From Octopus vulgaris (Eukaryota): a stretch of DNA of 64,000 nt. The stretch spans positions 64,976,001-65,040,000 of the forward strand of contig OX597817.1 of NCBI GenBank assembly GCA_951406725.2, given 5' to 3'. The notes below the pieces were generated by a model. That model searched no databases. It was not told the origin of the DNA and saw nothing but the letters and a program-made list of their open reading frames with translations. Every line of letters begins with the position of its first letter. Position 1 is the first letter of the stretch. Both the position numbers and the translations under genes were made by a program. Shown here one piece after another: positions 58,032-64,000 of the stretch.

Positions 58032-59092
58032 TAGTAACAACTCTTTATACTCTGAGTTTTAATTTCGTCGAAGACAACTTTTTCTTTCAAACTTCCGAGG
58101 TCGATAAAATAGAGCAGAAGAATGTACTAGTTCAGAATGGAATCAGTTTGATAAACCTGTAAACATTCTTGATTTGAATGGATTAGATTAGAAGAAGAAG
58201 ACTAAAGCTGCTCTGATGAACACCAACGGCGACGACTACAGCCTGTCATCGAGTTTTCAGTTTCCTTAAAAACAAAAAAAAAAAAGTAGCAAAAGCAATG
58301 TTTCTAAAGGTCATGATGCATCACCGGTAGCAAAGTACAATTTCCTTATCGATAACTCCTTACCGCTCAGCCATTGTATACGTCACTAGTATGGATAACA
58401 AGTATGGACAGGTTAGGTAACCATAACAGAAAACATTAATCAGTTTATCACTTTGGCAAGGAAGGTGATTGTTGTTACTGACCGATCTGTTGGCTTTAGA
58501 AATTACACATGTTCTATTGTAATCAAAGTATTGACATATTCAAGATAATCAAGGTTATCTGCTGACACCCTGCATTCACTTCTATAATCTCAAGCTTCAT
58601 TGTTAATCTCTATATTATTCATGTAATAAGCAGGTAAGCAGGTCCGGATTAAGCCCAACTGATGCCCTAGGAACAGTCAAACAATGGTTTTCCCTCGAGC
58701 TTTCCATTGTCTGTTAACCAAGACAGTCAAGCATAATAAATGATATATGGGAAATAAGAGATTAAAATTTCATTTCTCTTCCAGGTCAAACCCCCCAGGC
58801 CAGACAGAACAACTGTTAGTTATAAAAGTACGAAAGTACAAAAAAAAAAAAAAAAAGAGTTGATTTGCTCATAAGAATCGGCTTCAGTAATGAACTTATC
58901 TAATGACATACGGAGGGATGTAAGATTATACTGACGCGAGATTTGAATTCAAAACGCGGAGAACTAGAACGAATATCGCAAACTATTTTATCCAGTCCTT
59001 TTACAACTCTTATAATTACATATAACTTGGACAACAGGAAATTTTCAATACTATTATGATTTGTCATTCAATTGGTAAATTATAACAATGAA

Positions 59093-59123
<31 letters not shown>

Positions 59124-59159
59124 GTAAGGTTACTATTGAGGTATTTCATCAATGCTACT

Positions 59160-59218
59160 GGTAATATGAAATCCAGTACAACCTGTTGCATGATCGGGTC
59201 GTCGGTGACTAAATCGGA
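59160..59218 (+). ncRNA. Possible decayed HDV-like ribozyme at the start of a GC-richer LINE-5'UTR-like segment
   Basis: Elements in HDV order: P1 GGUAAU/AUGAUC, P2 UCCAGU/AUCGGA, P3 ACA/UGC, L3 ACCUGU with CC able to pair GG (59196-59197), P4 UCG/UGA, then C-UAA. One mismatch each in P1, P2 and P3. Confidence 0.3.
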
Positions 59219-59877
59219 ATCCCCACTAAGCTTGCATGCTGAGGAGGGTTGCTAGCAACCCAGCAGGATTAGAAACAAACCTGTCAAGGACGGGTGAACC
59301 TAGTGTAGTTTCAACGTGTGAAGCCGGCCGCAAATGCACGGGCATCGTTGGCATTTTGCATGCGCAATGACCAGTGATAGTCTTCCTCGGTCACGAGTGG
59401 ACAATCACATATATATTTAGGGAGTGAGAAAAAGAGAGAGATACATACTATATGCATACACACATGTAAACATACACCAAATTATATATAAAAAGATTGA
59501 CTTAGTTCCACATTACTTGAAGTTTCTTGGATGCAAACCATCTATATATACTGTTATTTTTAACGATATATATATATAATTATACAGGTGCATTTCTGTT
59601 ATTTATCAGCCACGCATATTTAAACTTTATTCTTACTCACACGTATTTATCCCTTCTTGTTTGTTTTGTGTGTGTGTGTGTGTGTGTGTGTCTAAATTAT
59701 TTACGTGTACTGACGCATATGTAATGAATGTTGCATTCGAATTCTATAATAATCACTGAATTTTCAAATTAATGTACTGTAATCGCGGGACATCAACCAC
59801 ATTTCTTCCTTCTTTTGTTTGTTTGCTTCCTTCTTTTTCTAAGACCCTGGCCTTTTTGGTTTCATTAGCAAACTCTG

Positions 59878-59932
<55 letters not shown>

Positions 59933-60038
59933 ATATATATCTAGTTAATCCAAACATGAACAAAGAGAAAAAACAACACGAGGACGTGGACTAAGTATAG
60001 TGTTATTGGACGCTCAGGAAAGGAAAGAAAGAAGGAGG

Positions 60039-60073
60039 ATTTCACGTTTCGAACGGAGCTCTTCGTCAGAAAT
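60039..60073 (-). ncRNA. Minimal type I hammerhead-ribozyme-like motif
   Basis: Minus strand AUUU-CUGACGA-A-GAGC-UCC-GUUC-GAA-ACGU-G-AAAU: intact core boxes, helix I AUUU/AAAU, helix II GAGC/GUUC, palindromic ACGU. The cleavage-site nucleotide is G, which is normally non-cleavable. Confidence 0.6.
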
Positions 60074-60455
60074 ATATATAAAAAAAAAGAAAAGTCCAAA
60101 GAAGGGAAGACGGAGAAAGAAAATCGCCAACGATACACACGCAATCACATCATTGTTATTATATTAAACTGTTGTATGTCCAAATTTGGCCACTTGCGTT
60201 TCTTTCAATATTTATTTTATCTTGCAATAGCTGGTTCTTTAGGTCAAACTATTGCATCTCCAGCTGCTTCAGATGCCAAGATATGAAAAATTGTCAAAGT
60301 GTAGTACAGTAGACTTGCTATGGAATGGGGAAGCTATTTTTTCGTTTTCTAAAAAAGCAACGTTTTGGACTTACGACACTTTTGCATAATAGCAACGATA
60401 TATTCTCTACTTCATGTATTGAGTTCATTTCGGTCCATTTGTAAAATCATATATA

Positions 60456-60519
<64 letters not shown>

Positions 60520-60705
60520 TATCTATACACGCTTATATTTAGATTAATGATAACCTGGGTGTTTGATACTCGATGAATCAATCAACAGGTCTATGAATAA
60601 ATAAACCAGTAATGTCTGTCTGTCTGTCTAATATATATATATGTTACATATAGATATAATATGATATAATATAATATAATATAATCTAATATAAAATTAT
60701 ATATA

Positions 60706-61562
60706 CAGGGTGCGGTGAATATATTGTCGTCTAAATTACGCAAAAATGAAAATAACACTGACATCTTTTAACAGATATATTTACTAAAATTACATAAAAA
60801 TATCTTGAAATGCTAAAGAGTAAATTTATTCAATAAAATCGCCATTGGTTCAACCGCAGTCTCCAGACGACTTCGGAACCTCATGCAACTCTTCTGGACG
60901 GTCTCGTTGTTTAAGCTGGTGAATGCTGCCATAATCTTTGCCTTCGGTTCATCTTTGGTGTTACAAAGAGTTTTGTTGGTCTCTCGCTCAACTGCGCCCC
61001 ACTCTTGATACTCAAAGAGGTTGCAGTTTGGGGAGTTAGGTGGCCAGATGCTAGGGATGATGTGGTCGCAGAAATTGTCTGACAGCCATGGCTGGGTTCA
61101 CCTGCTTGTGTGGCATGGTGCAGAGTCCTGTTGCCAGACATATGGTCTTCCAGCAGCCACCCTCTTGACCCAGGACAGCACTACATCTTCCAGGCACTTG
61201 ATGTAGGCCTCCCAATTGGGTGTCAGACTGTGTGGGAAGATGAATGGAGGAATAACGTCGCCATCACTAGTGATCACTCCAAACACCATGATGCTGACAG
61301 GATGTTTGATTTTTATCACTCTCGGTACATGTCCTCAGATTGCACTGACCTCTGATTGACACCCAAACATTCTGAGTTTCCGGCGCTATTGCAAAACAGT
61401 ACAGCATGTTTCTAAATTTCTGGCAGAGTGAATTGAGTCATGGTACTGTTTTTCTCATAGACGGTGCCTACTATACTGTGCAATCAACAAAATCAAAAAC
61501 AAACAATGCGCATGCGTGAAATAAAAAATATAAAACGGCAACCATTTATCCATCGCACCCTG
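60706..61562 (-). mobile_element. Internally deleted Tc1/mariner-superfamily element with DD37 spacing (maT-like)
   Basis: TIRs CAGGGTGCG(G/A)TG(A/G)ATA with TA at the left end. Transposase piece KHPVSIMVFGVITSDG...YVWQQDSAPCHTSR*...WPPNSPNCNLFEY has 37 residues between the second D and the third acidic residue. Confidence 0.85.
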
Positions 61563-61592
61563 TGTGTATGTGTGTGTGTGTGCGGGCGTATG

Positions 61593-61895
61593 TGTTACCG
61601 GGCAGTGATGGTACATACACAGGGAGAGACACATGAACAGACACGTGTGGGTGCGTGTGTGTGTCTACATATATATACACACATATACGTGCATATAACT
61701 GTAATGTACGCATGCGTATGTTACGGTGAGTAAAGGTGAATATTAATTAGAATACGTACACATATGTGTGTGTATGTATTTGTGTATGGTGTGTGTTGTG
61801 TGCATGTGTGTATGTACGTGCATGCAGGACTATGTTGCTGTACGCGTCTGTTCATGTGTTTCTCCCTGTGTGTGTACCATCACTGCCCGGTAACA
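61593..61895. mobile_element. 303-bp MITE with 54-bp TIRs ending TGT...ACA
   Basis: 61593-61646 matches the reverse complement of 61842-61895 with 3 mismatches. ATG on both flanks; microsatellite-like interior. Confidence 0.8.
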
Positions 61896-62244
61896 ATGTT
61901 CGCTCTATGAATCAATGATTTTTAGGTTAAAACATCCATTCAGCAAGTAAATAAACTAAAAAATCAATAACAGTGCACTATATTGATTATAGACGGTTGG
62001 TGAAGGAATAATTGTGGATTACGTCAATCAATTGTCCAAGGTCAGAATTAGAATATGGAATATAGCCGCAATGGATCGAATCGCAAAGTCTTCTTTATCT
62101 ATGGCAGTTGTCTCTTCTCATTGGATTATATTCCTAGAATGATCTTTCTTTATTGATCTGCATATAATGCATATATATATATAAATATAAACTTACTTGG
62201 AAATGGATGCGTGGAGTTCAATCATATAATAATAAAAATAATAT

Positions 62245-62301
<57 letters not shown>

Positions 62302-62321
62302 TGTACATACATACGTACTTA

Positions 62322-62375
<54 letters not shown>

Positions 62376-62439
62376 TACATACGTACGCATGCATATATAT
62401 ATATATATATATACATATATGTACATACATACGTACGTA

Positions 62440-62489
<50 letters not shown>

Positions 62490-62495
<6 letters not shown>

Positions 62496-62760
62496 TATAT
62501 GGGTACAGGATGGCACAAAACGTAAACAACTTGAAATGTGAAGTCAAACAGGTATGTGAACAACGAGAGAAACAAATGGAAAGCAATACAAATAACATAA
62601 AGAACGGCCCTTCATCAGTTGTAGATGGACAGCCGACAACTGATGAAGGGTCGTTCTTTATATTACTTGTTTTGTTTTCCATTTGTTTCCCTCATTGTTC
62701 ACATATCTGTTTGTTTTCATATTTCATGTTGTTTACGTTTCGTGATCCATATATGCATAT
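62490..62760. repeat. Imperfect long foldback (about 110-130-bp arms) inside (TA)n arrays
   Basis: The central stem CCCTTCATCAGTTGT/ACAACTGATGAAGGG closes a 13-nt loop (62623-62635). The arms stay complementary out to cacaaaacgtaaacaac/gttgtttacgtttcgtg. Confidence 0.9.
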
Positions 62761-62779
62761 ATATGTATGTACATATATG

Positions 62780-62837
<58 letters not shown>

Positions 62838-62878
62838 TACATATATTTTATTTATATTATTATAATACACACACATAG

Positions 62879-62953
<75 letters not shown>

Positions 62954-62997
62954 GTATATATATATATATTAAAACAATATTCCTTAGTAATATCACT

Positions 62998-63033
<36 letters not shown>

Positions 63034-63507
63034 AATTCATCCACATTTTCCTTATATATGGCGTAATTTAACATAACTTAATTTAATATAATATAATAGA
63101 GTCAAGCCCCTATATTAATTTCTTTATTGACTTTTACTATCCTACCTACTAATCGTTAACCCTGGATTATTTGTTTTATATTTGTATACATTTATTTATT
63201 TTTGCCTACTTTGTTGTTTATGTTATCGGTTATCCATTAACCAACCATAAAGTCATGGCCTTTCAAAACAATAGATGACCAACTAGATTATGGCACTGAC
63301 CATTACCCCCTCCCCACTTCCCGCATGATTTCAGCAACTCCATAAACAAAAAGTAATGGGAACGGGATATAATAAAGTATCTTAATTAATACCCGGAAAT
63401 GTATTACTTTTAGTACCGACTAATATCAAAGATATTAATATAAACTCTAACCCACTTATTGTGGACCTTTATCTCAAGCTCTCAATAGAAAACATATCGC
63501 ATGTTTA

Positions 63508-63561
<54 letters not shown>

Positions 63562-63667
63562 TTGTGTATAATTACTATAATTATATAAAAAGAAGAATAC
63601 GAACTACTACAGTAATCCTCCCTTCTTAACACATGAAATATGTATGTGCCTATGGGTATGTTTGTAC

Positions 63668-63736
<69 letters not shown>

Positions 63737-63849
63737 TGTGTATTCCTAATTTCTATACCTTTTCGTTCCTACATAACTATAATAATCTTAAGATATATTG
63801 ATTATTTAAATTCCACTATTATCTCTCTTTTGATAACTTTCTCTTTCCT

Positions 63850-64000
63850 CTTTACTCTTTTACTTGTTTCAGTCATTTGACTGCGGCCATGCTGGAGCAC
63901 CGCCTTTAGTCGAGCAAATCGACCCCGGGACTTATTCTTTGTAAGCCCAGTACTTATTCTATCGGTCACTTTTGCCGAACCGCTAAGTGACGGGGACGTA
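63850..64000 (-). mobile_element. SINE family B, 3' portion (runs off the window)
   Basis: Reverse complement closely matches 687-828. Confidence 0.8.

Overview
Eukaryotic, AT-rich genomic DNA saturated with microsatellites. The SINE families and simple-repeat load suggest an octopus/cephalopod (inference). Almost all ORFs in the supplied track are translations of (TA)n, (CA)n, (TATG)n or (TTA)n repeats. One real gene can be assembled by eye: a 4-exon, 166-aa calmodulin/myosin-light-chain-like EF-hand protein on the + strand (3570-3645, 12558-12698, 23667-23918, 24476-24507). Its three introns match calmodulin intron positions, but all four Ca2+-binding loops are degenerate. The rest is mobile-element debris: many tRNA-derived SINE copies; R4/Dong-like LINE fragments (several next to TAA repeats); an RTE fragment; a decayed Penelope-like element; two mariners (one nested in a SINE, one in a hAT fossil); a DD37-type Tc1/mariner; and a tandem Helitron-like pair. 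The most notable signal is non-coding. There are at least four minimal type I hammerhead-ribozyme-like motifs (122-157, 9110-9177, 11727-11793, 60039-60073), three with self-complementary helix III, in short segments next to (TA)n, plus a possible decayed HDV-like ribozyme and several long foldback hairpins. Together with the Penelope fossil these suggest a microsatellite-associated, ribozyme-bearing non-autonomous retroelement system. All alignments were done by eye, no database searches were run, and repeat boundaries are approximate.
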